IMG/VR virus record: IMGVR_UViG_3300032894_000334
Location: 4,761 to 68,760 of that record
Length of the DNA: 64,000 bases
From: a virus
Lineage: Duplodnaviria; Caudoviricetes
Reading direction: 5' to 3' (one strand)
Shown in pieces: positions 27,238 through 37,198 of this stretch; the first letter of the stretch is position 1, and each line of letters opens with the position of its first letter. The notes under the pieces are model-generated. The model ran no database searches, was not told the DNA's origin, and was given only the letters and a program-made list of their open reading frames with translations. The translations under genes and the position numbers were made by a program.

Positions 27238-27612
27238 TTACTTACCTCCCTTTGTTGGAATTGCAAGCTGCAACAGGATGGCCGTAATCTGGTCTATAGC
27301 CGCATTGGCGGCCCTAGAATCAGATTGGCTTCCAGGGTTATTGTTCCAAGCGACCAAGGCGGTCGCGGCCATTAGAAATTTCGGATGGTAGTCTTTCACC
27401 CACTGTGCTTTCCTTGCATCGGCTTCTGGCAAAGCACTCCACACCGCATGATAAGATGACCATGCATTCAAGTAAGCCGTTTGAGCCTGCTCGTAAACGA
27501 GCAAATGGGTTGGAACCGTGCCCGTGGTCGCTGGGCAGCCTTGCAGCATGGCTGCGATCCACACCATCAAAAGAACTCCAATTACCGTGATACCATTTTT
27601 CCTCACTCGCAT
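27238..27612 (-). CDS. Lipoprotein, possibly spanin-like
   Basis: MRVRKNGITVIGVLLMVWIAAMLQG-C lipobox; start ATG 27612 after GGAGG. Confidence 0.6.
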   Translation of the reverse strand: MRVRKNGITVIGVLLMVWIAAMLQGCPATTGTVPTHLLVYEQAQTAYLNAWSSYHAVWSALPEADARKAQWVKDYHPKFLMAATALVAWNNNPGSQSDSRAANAAIDQITAILLQLAIPTKGGK

Positions 27613-27614
27613 AA

Positions 27615-30600
27615 TCAATCCTCCCTTTCCAGTTGCCATTGATAACTCCATGCCAACCACGGCACACCTTTGCGCGTAGTCGAACTAGAAGCCTTAAACT
27701 CAAACTGATGGCTCCATCCTTTTCCCTCTCCAGCCAGAGACACCTTATCCCTCTTGTGCCTCTTTCCTGACAGAACTGGAGTTGTCGTCAAGACAGTCTG
27801 CCCCGTTGTTTCTCCGTCTATGAAATGAAAAACGTTTGTGATAATTGGCTCTGCGATGGTCCCGAGTATCAGCTTCAGCTTCATTATTTTCGTCACTTCC
27901 CATACGGTTTTGGATGGAAGTTGGTCAGATGTGATTAGCCGTTGCTGGATTCCATCGGAGTCCCAAGCTGGTCCATACTCCAACCTTCTCATGTACCCAT
28001 CATCAAACAGCCCGTAGACGTAGAAATTGCCGTACTGGTCTACGACTCTGAACGCCGCTTGCGGATAAGCCGATGGCTTTTTTTCAAACCATCTGAACCT
28101 GACAAGATCCAGAACCAGCCATTTGTTGATTGTTTGCTGGGTCGATCCGGATGGGAAAAGCAGGTTGTACTCCGAATACTCCGGATCAAACCATCCTATC
28201 GAGAGGTCAATTTTGTCGAAGTTGATGCACTCGCTCTTGGTCTTGTCAAAAAAGTTTCTGATCTTCCTCCAGGCAGGTATCGGAACCGCAACGTCAAAGA
28301 GCACCGGACCGCTATACGTGAGCCACATGGCTATGTTGCGTTTTGCTTCTTCAGCCATTCCACCTACCGAGAATCCCACCTCCGCACTATCAATAGTCAT
28401 CGGGGCGGGACAACCCAGAGTTTCGCTTACCGTGTAAATCTTCCAATCTTCCGGCCCCGTGCCGTTGAGAACGTAGGTTTGCGATTTTTTGGTAAAGATC
28501 CCAACATTGTAAATCTGCGATCCGATCCGGTTATAGAGGGCGACTCCAGCCGTTAAATCTTCAGCTCCCCCGAAATAGATAGGCCCCGCATACCCGTTGC
28601 TCGAATCTTCTCCGTTCATCACGTCAGTTGTGTTGCGCTCAAAATAGTCAACCCTGTTCCCTTCCTTCGTGTCTATCGAGTTTGCCAAAAAGATTCTGTC
28701 GTTTAGGGTGAATGGAAACCGATAGGCCCTATGGATGTTCTTTTGTGCGGGGATCCCGCCAAGGTAATCCAGGTAAACAGTGGCGCTGAGATTTTGGGTG
28801 AACTGGAACTTGTAATAGTAAAGTGGGAGCTCATTGCTGATGGTCGTCTTGAACTCAGTATTGAAACCAGGAGGAGTCCAGGAAATTGTTCCGCTTTTTG
28901 CGTGGCTTGCGTTGTTGTAAAATGTGCCGTCAACCAAGTCCTTCAAAAGCACCCAGGCCGTTCCGTTCCAGTACGATACTGACAGGATTGTATTGGCTGT
29001 TGTGTTTATGTTCCCTTCGACCAGGCTAATGATGACGCTTGTCATTGGTTCTTCGAAGCCGAGAACGTAGTAGCCGGATGATGCAAGGGCGGATAACGTT
29101 GCATACGTGGCGCTGTTGGCAAGCTCGTAATCCTCCTCTGCCACGTTCGTGGTGAAATCCTCGTAGGTCGTTGTCCCCTTCAACAGGAATTTAATGCAGG
29201 TTCTGAAAACTCCATCCCACAGGTCCAGTATTTTCTGGAAAGGTGGATCCACGGTCACATGGTAGAGGGTAACCGGCGTTGATCCTGCCCCCTGGACGGA
29301 ACAGGTGAGGACAATCTTGTACCAGTAGAGCAAAACCGAATCTATGAGCTTTGGTTTTGCTGCCGCTACTGTTGAGGAAAATGTGACCGATCCGGTTGTC
29401 GCAAGAGGGCAACCAGCGGATGCCGTGTTATCAACCAAGCTGGAAACTTCCACCCAATCCGTCCCATCCCAATAGAATACGAACATTGTTCCCGCTACGG
29501 TGTTCGCGTTCTTGACGTAAGGCTTGATAGCCTTGAGTGGCCTGTTGGATCCAACGAGCATATAGGTCTTGTCCGAGTCATACTCGTACCCAAGGCCTGG
29601 GGGTTCGAAATTGGCTGTGTGCCGGGCAGATCCGCTGCAGAAACGGATGGAGTCCATGTACCCCTTGAAGTAGTATCCGGCTCCGGATGCCCCATCGTAC
29701 CCGAATAGCAGGGAGCCCGTATAGTCTGCCGCCCTGGAATTGTCATTCAGGTAAAATTCCTGTTGCCCATTAAGGAAAATCCACCAATTATCTCCGCTTT
29801 CGCATACGGCCACATGATACCAGCGCCCAGAGTCAATGATCCCCGCCCTGGTAGTCATCTCCACTACTGCTCCAGCCGCGGAGATTATAAAATGGAGAGC
29901 TCCGGTCTCCAGTATCTCGAAAGAGATGTAATTGGTCGCATCGGTCTGTTGATAGAAAATGAAGAATTTCTTGCCTGTGCCGGGCAGGTTTTTCAGCCTG
30001 ATCCAACCGTCGAAACACCAGGTTCCCCCAGAAACGTCCCAATCGGCGTGGTGCGCAGCAATGACGTAATCGTCCGTTCCGTCAAAATCCGCGGCGTATG
30101 TTCCGAACTTTTTTATGGAGCTGGAGTATGACAACGTGCCGGATTGAGTAACCGTGTGACCTTTTTCGTCGGTCACGTTGTTGTTCAGCTTGAGAATCAG
30201 TTTGTCGTATGAGTCATAGTTCTCCTCACAGCCGATAATGGTGGCCACGTTCGAAGCATCATCCAGGATATTCTGTACGACTTCGGTGTAGTCGTAGCGG
30301 AACGTCCCGGCCGGATCGTATGACTTGAAATTCCTTACTCTGGCCTCGTTGCCACCGAAGATGCACGTCTCCTTCCCGTTCATGTAGACCGCATGCGATA
30401 TCGGGCCAGGACCGAACCTGCCTTGGGCGGCATTTGCGGCTTCCGTGTAAACATCGGTTGTTTCGAAGCTGCCGGTGCTGGGAATCGCGGTTTTGTTTTC
30501 CAATATTACCCCGGCACTCAGGCCAGTGTTTTTGGCTTGAACGAGCACCCTTGATTGGCCGGAGTACGGATTTGGAAGGAAAATTCCTGCCCTGCCTTTG

Positions 30601-30797
30601 AAAAAGCTCGGGTCCATGATCGTCGCGCTGTTGATCTTGGAGTACCCAAGGACTCCCTCGATCCCGGCGTCCGAGTATCGCAAATTTTCCATGGTGGCAA
30701 AATTAACGTCCCCTATCTTCAATGGGTCTATGGAGGGGATCCATTCGCCTTCGAAGGAGTACTGCTTTACTTCAGTTTTTCTGTCTCCAGTAGCCAT
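27615..30797 (-). CDS. Podoviral tail nozzle/tubular-B-like protein with an inserted LamG (ConA-like) domain
   Basis: 1060 aa beta-rich protein after the adaptor; KFGTYAADFDGTDDY...WYHVAV...FKGYMDSIRF LamG signature. Confidence 0.7.
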   Translation of the reverse strand: MATGDRKTEVKQYSFEGEWIPSIDPLKIGDVNFATMENLRYSDAGIEGVLGYSKINSATIMDPSFFKGRAGIFLPNPYSGQSRVLVQAKNTGLSAGVILENKTAIPSTGSFETTDVYTEAANAAQGRFGPGPISHAVYMNGKETCIFGGNEARVRNFKSYDPAGTFRYDYTEVVQNILDDASNVATIIGCEENYDSYDKLILKLNNNVTDEKGHTVTQSGTLSYSSSIKKFGTYAADFDGTDDYVIAAHHADWDVSGGTWCFDGWIRLKNLPGTGKKFFIFYQQTDATNYISFEILETGALHFIISAAGAVVEMTTRAGIIDSGRWYHVAVCESGDNWWIFLNGQQEFYLNDNSRAADYTGSLLFGYDGASGAGYYFKGYMDSIRFCSGSARHTANFEPPGLGYEYDSDKTYMLVGSNRPLKAIKPYVKNANTVAGTMFVFYWDGTDWVEVSSLVDNTASAGCPLATTGSVTFSSTVAAAKPKLIDSVLLYWYKIVLTCSVQGAGSTPVTLYHVTVDPPFQKILDLWDGVFRTCIKFLLKGTTTYEDFTTNVAEEDYELANSATYATLSALASSGYYVLGFEEPMTSVIISLVEGNINTTANTILSVSYWNGTAWVLLKDLVDGTFYNNASHAKSGTISWTPPGFNTEFKTTISNELPLYYYKFQFTQNLSATVYLDYLGGIPAQKNIHRAYRFPFTLNDRIFLANSIDTKEGNRVDYFERNTTDVMNGEDSSNGYAGPIYFGGAEDLTAGVALYNRIGSQIYNVGIFTKKSQTYVLNGTGPEDWKIYTVSETLGCPAPMTIDSAEVGFSVGGMAEEAKRNIAMWLTYSGPVLFDVAVPIPAWRKIRNFFDKTKSECINFDKIDLSIGWFDPEYSEYNLLFPSGSTQQTINKWLVLDLVRFRWFEKKPSAYPQAAFRVVDQYGNFYVYGLFDDGYMRRLEYGPAWDSDGIQQRLITSDQLPSKTVWEVTKIMKLKLILGTIAEPIITNVFHFIDGETTGQTVLTTTPVLSGKRHKRDKVSLAGEGKGWSHQFEFKASSSTTRKGVPWLAWSYQWQLERED

Positions 30798-31699
30798 CAG
30801 TAAGCACTCCGATACCTTCTCTGGTGAAGGGCCTGAGTCGCCATCTCGTTTCGATATCGTCTGATCTCATCAGCAAAAAATCCACCGATTGCTTGAGCTT
30901 CACCGAACTGATTTTGAGGCATCTTGAAAAGAGAGGCTGCGCCCCAGGCAATCGCCCTGCAAGCCTTCGCTTCAAGTTCCCATTGCGAATACTCAGAGAA
31001 AACCGGGCTCGGCAGGGCGACGTAGGGAATCGAGATTGTGTGGTCACCCACGGCGCTCGGGGCATCCAGTACGATCTGTTGTCTGGCAGACGGTACGAGT
31101 ACCAAATCGTCTAAACTCGAAACATCGTCATTCGTCCCATCAAACAGAGCAACGGTGACTTTCGTAGCTGTGTTGATCTGAAGAACGAAACCATCCGAAT
31201 TGTCGGTCAAGTTGTGAACAATGTCTCTGGGCTTGATTAGGGCAGAGTTCAGCGGAGATGACTCCAGTTGACATTGTCCTCCACTTTTTGCGCCGTCAGC
31301 TTCAGCTATCACCACTTGAGGATTGCCCAGGGTTTCTTTCACGCGCAAGGCAAAGCGATTTGGGATTGTCTTCTGATCTGCTACGTTCTGTTTATAGATT
31401 TTCTCATAAGAGGTTTCAGTCGGGAACGAGTCGTTTGTCCCATCAGAGTACTTAATGAAAAATCTCTGTTGTGGGTTCTTCATGTAAAGGGATATGAAAT
31501 CGGGAGTCAGGTCATAGATTTGTTGCCCGATAACCGTTGCGATGGTCATGGTCTTACGAAAAGCTCGGGTTTCCCGCAGGAACAACATGGCTGCCCACTC
31601 CAGGTTTTCGTATATCTTGCGCTGAGACGCAAAGTTATTCTCTACCTGGAGTTCATCCAGAGCGTCCAACACCAATCGAGTAAGTTTTTTTCCGTCCAT
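30797..31699 (-). CDS. Head-tail adaptor / tail tubular A-like protein
   Basis: Position; TIATVIGQQIYDLTPDF motif; helical N- and C-termini. Confidence 0.6.
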   Translation of the reverse strand: MDGKKLTRLVLDALDELQVENNFASQRKIYENLEWAAMLFLRETRAFRKTMTIATVIGQQIYDLTPDFISLYMKNPQQRFFIKYSDGTNDSFPTETSYEKIYKQNVADQKTIPNRFALRVKETLGNPQVVIAEADGAKSGGQCQLESSPLNSALIKPRDIVHNLTDNSDGFVLQINTATKVTVALFDGTNDDVSSLDDLVLVPSARQQIVLDAPSAVGDHTISIPYVALPSPVFSEYSQWELEAKACRAIAWGAASLFKMPQNQFGEAQAIGGFFADEIRRYRNEMATQALHQRRYRSAY

Positions 31700-33345
31700 T
31701 AGGATACCCCTTCGCAGTAGAATTCTATGTTTGTGACTTCTGTTGGAGATCCTGTGATATAGAGATAATAAAGGTCATCACTGAGCCAGCTCAAGGTGAC
31801 CTCTGTCCCGCTTGCATAAGAAGCATTTTGGTAGAGGACATGGCTGGTAAAATCATACAGGGTCAGATTTACAGTTCCACCCCCTGTAAAGGTTACCTTT
31901 AATTTTGTTGGTCTAAAGAGTTGATACCAGGGAAACACTGTTCCCTTCCGGTCGATCCTGATGATCCCGACAGACGGAGCCCAGCCTGTACCTGTCCACG
32001 TTCCCGTAACGAGAGACCAGAAATTATCAGTCAGATAGGAAACCCATTGAGACATGGCATAGTAGTCCAGTTGGATCTTCGTGACTCTAAAATTGCTCTG
32101 GTTGTTCGGCTCAAATCCAAGGCATAAGATGTCCGCATCAGTGAATGATTCTGGGCAATTCTGCCAAGCCCCTGCTCCCCCCTCCTTGTAATAGCATTGG
32201 ATCAGGTTTGCAGCGTTTCTGGTGATCTTCCAGTAAAATGGATATTTGTCGAGTGACGAGCCCATGTATCGGAACCCGAATCCATCGACCACGTAAGGTG
32301 CATCTTCGCCTGATTCATCTATGCGTGCATCACCGAATTCTATTTTCGTAAGGTGACACGGGGCAACGGTCCAATCCCCATTAATTAGCACACTGGCAAT
32401 GTCTTTGTTTTGGTAGAAGCAAATGTCCAAGGTTTTCGTTGCGCATGCGCTTCCTACCCAACTTTGCCTTATGTTGTCATCCGCGTCATAAAGCCTGATC
32501 TCTGTCATGAACGCGGCATCACAAGTCAACCTGATTTGTTTTGGACGGTATCCGGTAGCCCATGATCCTAGAACGTCAAGCCACCAGCCATGGTCAGCCG
32601 AGCAATCCCCATCTTGATGCCATCCCTCAGAATCATAATATGAATCATCATAACAACCATCATCGCCCCAAGGAGTCCAAAATGCATCTGTGGTACGCTC
32701 GACCCAGACCAGTTCTGCGGGTGCCCAGGCCACACCCTCATTGAAAAAAATCTTAAAATCAACGCCGGCTCCGTACCGTGCATCCCAATTCATTTGAAAT
32801 AGGTCATAGCTTCCCCAGATCAAGGCTCTTTCTTCGTAACAGTAGTAGGTGGTGGGTTCGCTGGCGGGAGCAATGTCGTCCGAATTGGTGTCATATACGG
32901 GACCGAACCCGAAGTATTCATCAGGATTCTGAAGTTGAACCCTGATGTCTTCCCACCGCTTGCCTGTGGCCCATGTTCCATTTACATCGAGACTGCCTAT
33001 TGTGTTGAAAGCCGTCCGCCAAAAACTTCCTTCCCACGTCACATTGATCGCGTTAGTCCAATAAGACGGATCTGAATATTCTACCCAGGTAGGCATCGGG
33101 ACGTAATCATGTAGGAACGTTTTCAGCTTGGTTCCGTCTTCGGCTTTGCACAAATAAAAGAAAAGCCTCTCGGTTGGTGTACCGTCATAGTCCACGCGAA
33201 CCTCTATCTCGAATTGGCCAGATAGCTGGCATCGGTGGTAAGCTATTCCAGGAGTATTAACGGCAGCACGGAGACCGCTACCGGCGTCACAGTCGTACAC
33301 CTGGCTTGGGTTCATAAACTTGTTGTTGTTGATATGTTCTGCCAT
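31699..33345 (-). CDS. Trp-rich virion structural/receptor-binding protein with three internal modules
   Basis: Repeated W.....D.FW ... (G/S)WA.G.RP..I.(V/L) segments; located between head and tail genes. Confidence 0.55.
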   Translation of the reverse strand: MAEHINNNKFMNPSQVYDCDAGSGLRAAVNTPGIAYHRCQLSGQFEIEVRVDYDGTPTERLFFYLCKAEDGTKLKTFLHDYVPMPTWVEYSDPSYWTNAINVTWEGSFWRTAFNTIGSLDVNGTWATGKRWEDIRVQLQNPDEYFGFGPVYDTNSDDIAPASEPTTYYCYEERALIWGSYDLFQMNWDARYGAGVDFKIFFNEGVAWAPAELVWVERTTDAFWTPWGDDGCYDDSYYDSEGWHQDGDCSADHGWWLDVLGSWATGYRPKQIRLTCDAAFMTEIRLYDADDNIRQSWVGSACATKTLDICFYQNKDIASVLINGDWTVAPCHLTKIEFGDARIDESGEDAPYVVDGFGFRYMGSSLDKYPFYWKITRNAANLIQCYYKEGGAGAWQNCPESFTDADILCLGFEPNNQSNFRVTKIQLDYYAMSQWVSYLTDNFWSLVTGTWTGTGWAPSVGIIRIDRKGTVFPWYQLFRPTKLKVTFTGGGTVNLTLYDFTSHVLYQNASYASGTEVTLSWLSDDLYYLYITGSPTEVTNIEFYCEGVS

Positions 33346-33348
33346 AAT

Positions 33349-33687
33349 CTATGTCGGGCAACCGGAGAATGTCTCTCCCCAGAAACTCGCGATTCCACCT
33401 TCGTCCACTTCTCCGGGTAGGATTTCTAAATTAAGTTCCAAGCAATTCGGTTGTTCGATTGTTACAAATCTGATGCGGGTGGGAATTAGAGGAGGTGGGG
33501 TATACCCATCGGAGTCCAATCCTTTGCCGGATATGTCAAAGTCATGGTCAGTTAGGTGGGTCCCGATTCCTCCACACTTGGGGCAAACTTCCACGTTCTC
33601 CCAAATGTTAGGATCTGCTAACCAAATAGTCCGACACCTGCGCACGCGGCAAACGTGGACCGGGATATCTACGATAGGACCTGCCAT
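33349..33687 (-). CDS. Zinc-ribbon protein, paralogue of 42730-42918
   Basis: MAGPIVDIPVHVCRVRRC...WLADP...CPKCG. Confidence 0.65.
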   Translation of the reverse strand: MAGPIVDIPVHVCRVRRCRTIWLADPNIWENVEVCPKCGGIGTHLTDHDFDISGKGLDSDGYTPPPLIPTRIRFVTIEQPNCLELNLEILPGEVDEGGIASFWGETFSGCPT

Positions 33688-33721
33688 TGAACCGCCCCTT
33701 TTAGGCGGCTCTCAGGATCAA

Positions 33722-34297
33722 TCACTCCGTGGAGTCGCCCCCAGATTCTGCTTCTGGTTTTACCGATTCTGCTTTGAGGCCGACCGTTTCGGGATTGGCC
33801 AAACGGTAATACCAGTTGGCATCTTCAGCTTTCACAAGATATCCCCACCAAGGAGGTCGGAGGGTCCAACCAAATTCCCACCAATGCATGGGCTCGCTGA
33901 ACAGGCTATTCGCCCTTTTTGCCGCTGGTCGTCGCGCGTAGAGGGCTGCGTCAAGCGTATTCATTCCGACATTTACGGCATCCGGAGAACTCGAAAGAAG
34001 GGCCGTCCTTTCGGCCTCCTTCTTTTTGCTCCAGTATTCTTCCGAGAACTTTTTCCCCTTTCTTTCCCACCAGCCGAGAGCTTGATCCCTTTGAAGATCG
34101 TTTCCTATGATGTTGAACTCCTCAGGCTTTCTGATTGGGGAACCGTCTTTGTACCCGTAGATACCATTTCCGTGCAGGTAGATCGCTGCACCGCTGGAGT
34201 CGCTCCACGACCTGACGACAAAAATCTTCTTTTCTTTTTTCTTCAGCTTGCCTTGTTCATCGAATCCGTCTTTTTCCTGTACGTACAGGAGTTGCAT
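33722..34297 (-). CDS. Hypothetical protein in the head-tail region
   Basis: 191 aa, SD GGAGG. Confidence 0.7.
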   Translation of the reverse strand: MQLLYVQEKDGFDEQGKLKKKEKKIFVVRSWSDSSGAAIYLHGNGIYGYKDGSPIRKPEEFNIIGNDLQRDQALGWWERKGKKFSEEYWSKKKEAERTALLSSSPDAVNVGMNTLDAALYARRPAAKRANSLFSEPMHWWEFGWTLRPPWWGYLVKAEDANWYYRLANPETVGLKAESVKPEAESGGDSTE

Positions 34298-34301
34298 ACA
34301 A

Positions 34302-34345
34302 CCTCCAATTCGGATTGGAGGGCAGTATAAGCCTGCCCTCCAATC
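34302..34345 (-). promoter_or_regulatory. Mutually exclusive RNA hairpins controlling an SD (candidate translational switch)
   Basis: 13-bp perfect stem 34313-34325/34333-34345 versus an 8-bp stem 34302-34309/34314-34321 that buries the GGAGG of 33722-34297. Confidence 0.55.
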
Positions 34346-34363
34346 TAGTTCTCAGGGTTCTTG

Positions 34364-34726
34364 TTACTCCCCGACGAATTGCATCCTTACGACTGTGGAC
34401 GCAATAGCCACCCCGGTGATTTCCACCAAAGCTGTCAGAGTTGGGGGGGCCGTTGGCGATCCGCCCCGGTAGATCAGGAGCTTATGGTTCGTTCGATCAA
34501 ACTTGTACACATAAGCGTCAATCGCCGGTTCAGCTACCCCGTATACAATTTGCTTGAGAAAGCCAAACTGCTCTTTGGCGGGTAGCGGGATCCCACCAGC
34601 CGGATACGTCAGGGCACCATTACCGAAAGTCAAGTCTGGGAAAACCCTTCTCAGCATTCCTGGACGATGCTCTATGTTGCGTTGCCCCAGAGTGACCGTC
34701 ACATTGCTAGCGGTTAAATCAGCCAT
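34364..34726 (-). CDS. Putative capsid cement/decoration protein
   Basis: Beta-rich 120 aa (DLTFGNGALTYPAGGIPL) after the capsid genes. Confidence 0.55.
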   Translation of the reverse strand: MADLTASNVTVTLGQRNIEHRPGMLRRVFPDLTFGNGALTYPAGGIPLPAKEQFGFLKQIVYGVAEPAIDAYVYKFDRTNHKLLIYRGGSPTAPPTLTALVEITGVAIASTVVRMQFVGE

Positions 34727-34755
34727 GGATCACTCCTCACTTGCTGGAAAAGGGT

Positions 34756-35235
34756 TTAAGTCGTCTCTTTCATTCGGGACAGGTTGGCCCTTACCTCGGG
34801 CATAACCCTGACGGCGAGCATGGGCCAGATACCGCCAGCGGTGATACCCGCACCGTTGTACATATTTTCGACAACGACCTCCTGGCCGGGTTCAAGCATG
34901 ACACCTTGGCCAGCAAGGTCGTACACGCACGCGCCCTGTAATGAAGCGCCCGTGTAGCCAAAGTTTATTTCGGCAACATCGCCGTCACCGCGGTTGGTGT
35001 CCGAACCGCAGTTTACCCTTTTGTCCATCTTGATCTTCGCACTGGAGATCGAAGCACCCACGAAAGCGACCTTGACCAAAGCCATGGCCTCAACGACCTC
35101 GCATTTGTATGGAGCCGAAAAACTACCGAGATCGCCCGCTGCATAGGTTGCAAGGTTGATGCTCCCGTTCACGCACGATGCGGCAGTGCCGAAGTACCAA
35201 AACTGTAAAGCATTCGGTTCAGCATGTCTCAACAT
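34756..35235 (-). CDS. Putative capsid decoration protein
   Basis: Beta-rich 159 aa immediately after the MCP. Confidence 0.55.
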   Translation of the reverse strand: MLRHAEPNALQFWYFGTAASCVNGSINLATYAAGDLGSFSAPYKCEVVEAMALVKVAFVGASISSAKIKMDKRVNCGSDTNRGDGDVAEINFGYTGASLQGACVYDLAGQGVMLEPGQEVVVENMYNGAGITAGGIWPMLAVRVMPEVRANLSRMKETT

Positions 35236-35274
35236 GGCCTATTTACCTCCTCCTTAGGCTACGTCATCATCGTC

Positions 35275-36240
35275 TTATTGGGAGACGATCTTGACGATTC
35301 TTGCTTCCCGATCAGTTGCGGTCGGGAATTTGACTCCGAAAGCGACTGTCCCGTACCAGGCGACAGCCTTGCGTCTCCCGAAATCCCCTTGATAGTTCAT
35401 GTCCGCCCTGAGGTGAGGGAATTCCACCTCGATCCTGGCTACCGCGTCTTCTCCGAAGATGACCCCTTCTCCGAGAATGTTTCCGGAGCCTATGGAGTTG
35501 GACAGGGCCGCATCGTTCGTGACTTCAACGAAGCGGACATTCTCCACCATCCCCACTTCGCCCCTGTAAAGGAAGTCACCCTTCTGGAGGTACATATTCC
35601 AGGACTCCAGAACCTTATCGTCCTTCAGCCCTCTCAGGGCCTTCGTGGAAAGGAGGCCCACCCAGGTATCCCCTGAGTAGAAAGGAATGTGGAGGTCTTT
35701 GGCCATGTAGTCGCGGATCGCGGAGATGTGGTTTTTGGTGATGTTGACCGTTGCTGTGGTCGACGGGGTTCCATCCGTGTCCCAGGTGCCGCCCGTGAGG
35801 GAGGTCGGGATGAAACAGACTTTCGCGTCAGTTCCCATGAACTGATCTGAAGCGGCCACGTCCATGGCTTGCTTCATCTGGTCGACAAGGCCCTTTTGGG
35901 CGCCATCTCGCGGAGAGAACGTGGAGAGGTCATCGGCCAGGGAGGTGAACTCAACGCCACGCCCCCATTCCTTGATCGTGATGGTCTGTTTCCCCATGGT
36001 CAGTTGATCGATGGGGATCCGGATATCTTCCGTCAGTTGAGAGGTGGTGGGGTCGGAAAGAGGTTTGTAATAGACAAGAGTGATGCTCTCACCCTTGTGG
36101 GCTCCGAAGGCCTTCTCCTTCTCGGTGAACTGCACGAACTTCCATTCGCGTGCTGCCACCTTCAGAAGCTGGCCAGAGAGCTGATGATTTTTGTAAACGC
36201 CACTCGTGGCGTCATAAGTCCAAGTAAAAGTAGCACCCAT
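35275..36240 (-). CDS. Major capsid protein (HK97 fold, N4-gp56/P22-like)
   Basis: 321 aa after the scaffold; GESITL, TITIKEWGRGV, GEVGMVENVRFVE, DFGRRKAVAWY. Confidence 0.85.
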   Translation of the reverse strand: MGATFTWTYDATSGVYKNHQLSGQLLKVAAREWKFVQFTEKEKAFGAHKGESITLVYYKPLSDPTTSQLTEDIRIPIDQLTMGKQTITIKEWGRGVEFTSLADDLSTFSPRDGAQKGLVDQMKQAMDVAASDQFMGTDAKVCFIPTSLTGGTWDTDGTPSTTATVNITKNHISAIRDYMAKDLHIPFYSGDTWVGLLSTKALRGLKDDKVLESWNMYLQKGDFLYRGEVGMVENVRFVEVTNDAALSNSIGSGNILGEGVIFGEDAVARIEVEFPHLRADMNYQGDFGRRKAVAWYGTVAFGVKFPTATDREARIVKIVSQ

Positions 36241-36252
36241 GGAACACCCTCC

Positions 36253-37188
36253 TTACAAGGTGCGCTCCCGGCGAACTTCCTGTAAAGCATCGTCAATGGT
36301 GACCGGCCTATCTGACTCGACGCCAGTTTTGACTGGAGTTGTCACAGTACCTTTGCCCAACGGGATATTTTGGGCTTGCCGTTTGACGCCTGCCTCCACG
36401 GAAAATTTCTGTTTTACGGAAGCGTAATGGTCTTTGGTTTTTCCGAGTGCCCATTCGACCTGTTGCTCGAAAGTTAATTCGCTGCCGCCTTTTTCATCCT
36501 TTTCGGGGGCGCGGCTTGCAAAAAAACCGAACACCGGATCGTTGGCCTCATATCCAGCCGCCACAAGCGTTTGCTTGCAAAAACTCACCAGACCTTCTTT
36601 TTCCTCTGCGGTTTCAACAGCGATTTTTTCATCTGGCTTTTCAACAGGTGGCTGGACTTCCTTTTTCTCCACGAAGTTCCCAAAAACATCGGGATGATCC
36701 CTTTCCCATCTACGGATATCGGCAAGCTCCCTGGCGCGTATGCCGGCGACTTTTGTGTCGTAAGCCGGATCGTCTTCGGCTACTTCTCCGATCTGTTTCA
36801 TGGTCACCAAGGCACGATCTACCAAGTACTTATCAAATAGGCCGTCAACTTCCTTGAGCTTCGCCTTCCTCTGTTCGCCCTGCTCTCTTTCTGTGAGCTT
36901 CGTTTTGAGGTCGGATATCTCGGTGTCCTTCTTGGCAATCGTTCTTTGCAGACCTGCATACTTTTCGTCAGTTTTGCCATCAGGGAGTACCTTCTCCGCA
37001 GGTTTTTGGTCCCCTGGCGTCTCTTTGGCTGCTACCTTTTCCGTTTCAGATTTTTCAGCCTCCGCGGGAAGGTTCTTTATTGCGGCTTCATCATCGAATG
37101 AAGCTGCCAGTTCCTTCTTTCTGTCCTCTACATCGGCATCAATGATCTGATCCAGACTGTCAAGCTGCTCCTGAGAGCTTTCCGGCAT
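36253..37188 (-). CDS. Capsid scaffolding protein
   Basis: Acidic/charged helical 311 aa between portal and MCP. Confidence 0.7.
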   Translation of the reverse strand: MPESSQEQLDSLDQIIDADVEDRKKELAASFDDEAAIKNLPAEAEKSETEKVAAKETPGDQKPAEKVLPDGKTDEKYAGLQRTIAKKDTEISDLKTKLTEREQGEQRKAKLKEVDGLFDKYLVDRALVTMKQIGEVAEDDPAYDTKVAGIRARELADIRRWERDHPDVFGNFVEKKEVQPPVEKPDEKIAVETAEEKEGLVSFCKQTLVAAGYEANDPVFGFFASRAPEKDEKGGSELTFEQQVEWALGKTKDHYASVKQKFSVEAGVKRQAQNIPLGKGTVTTPVKTGVESDRPVTIDDALQEVRRERTL

Positions 37189-37198
37189 AAATCCCCCT

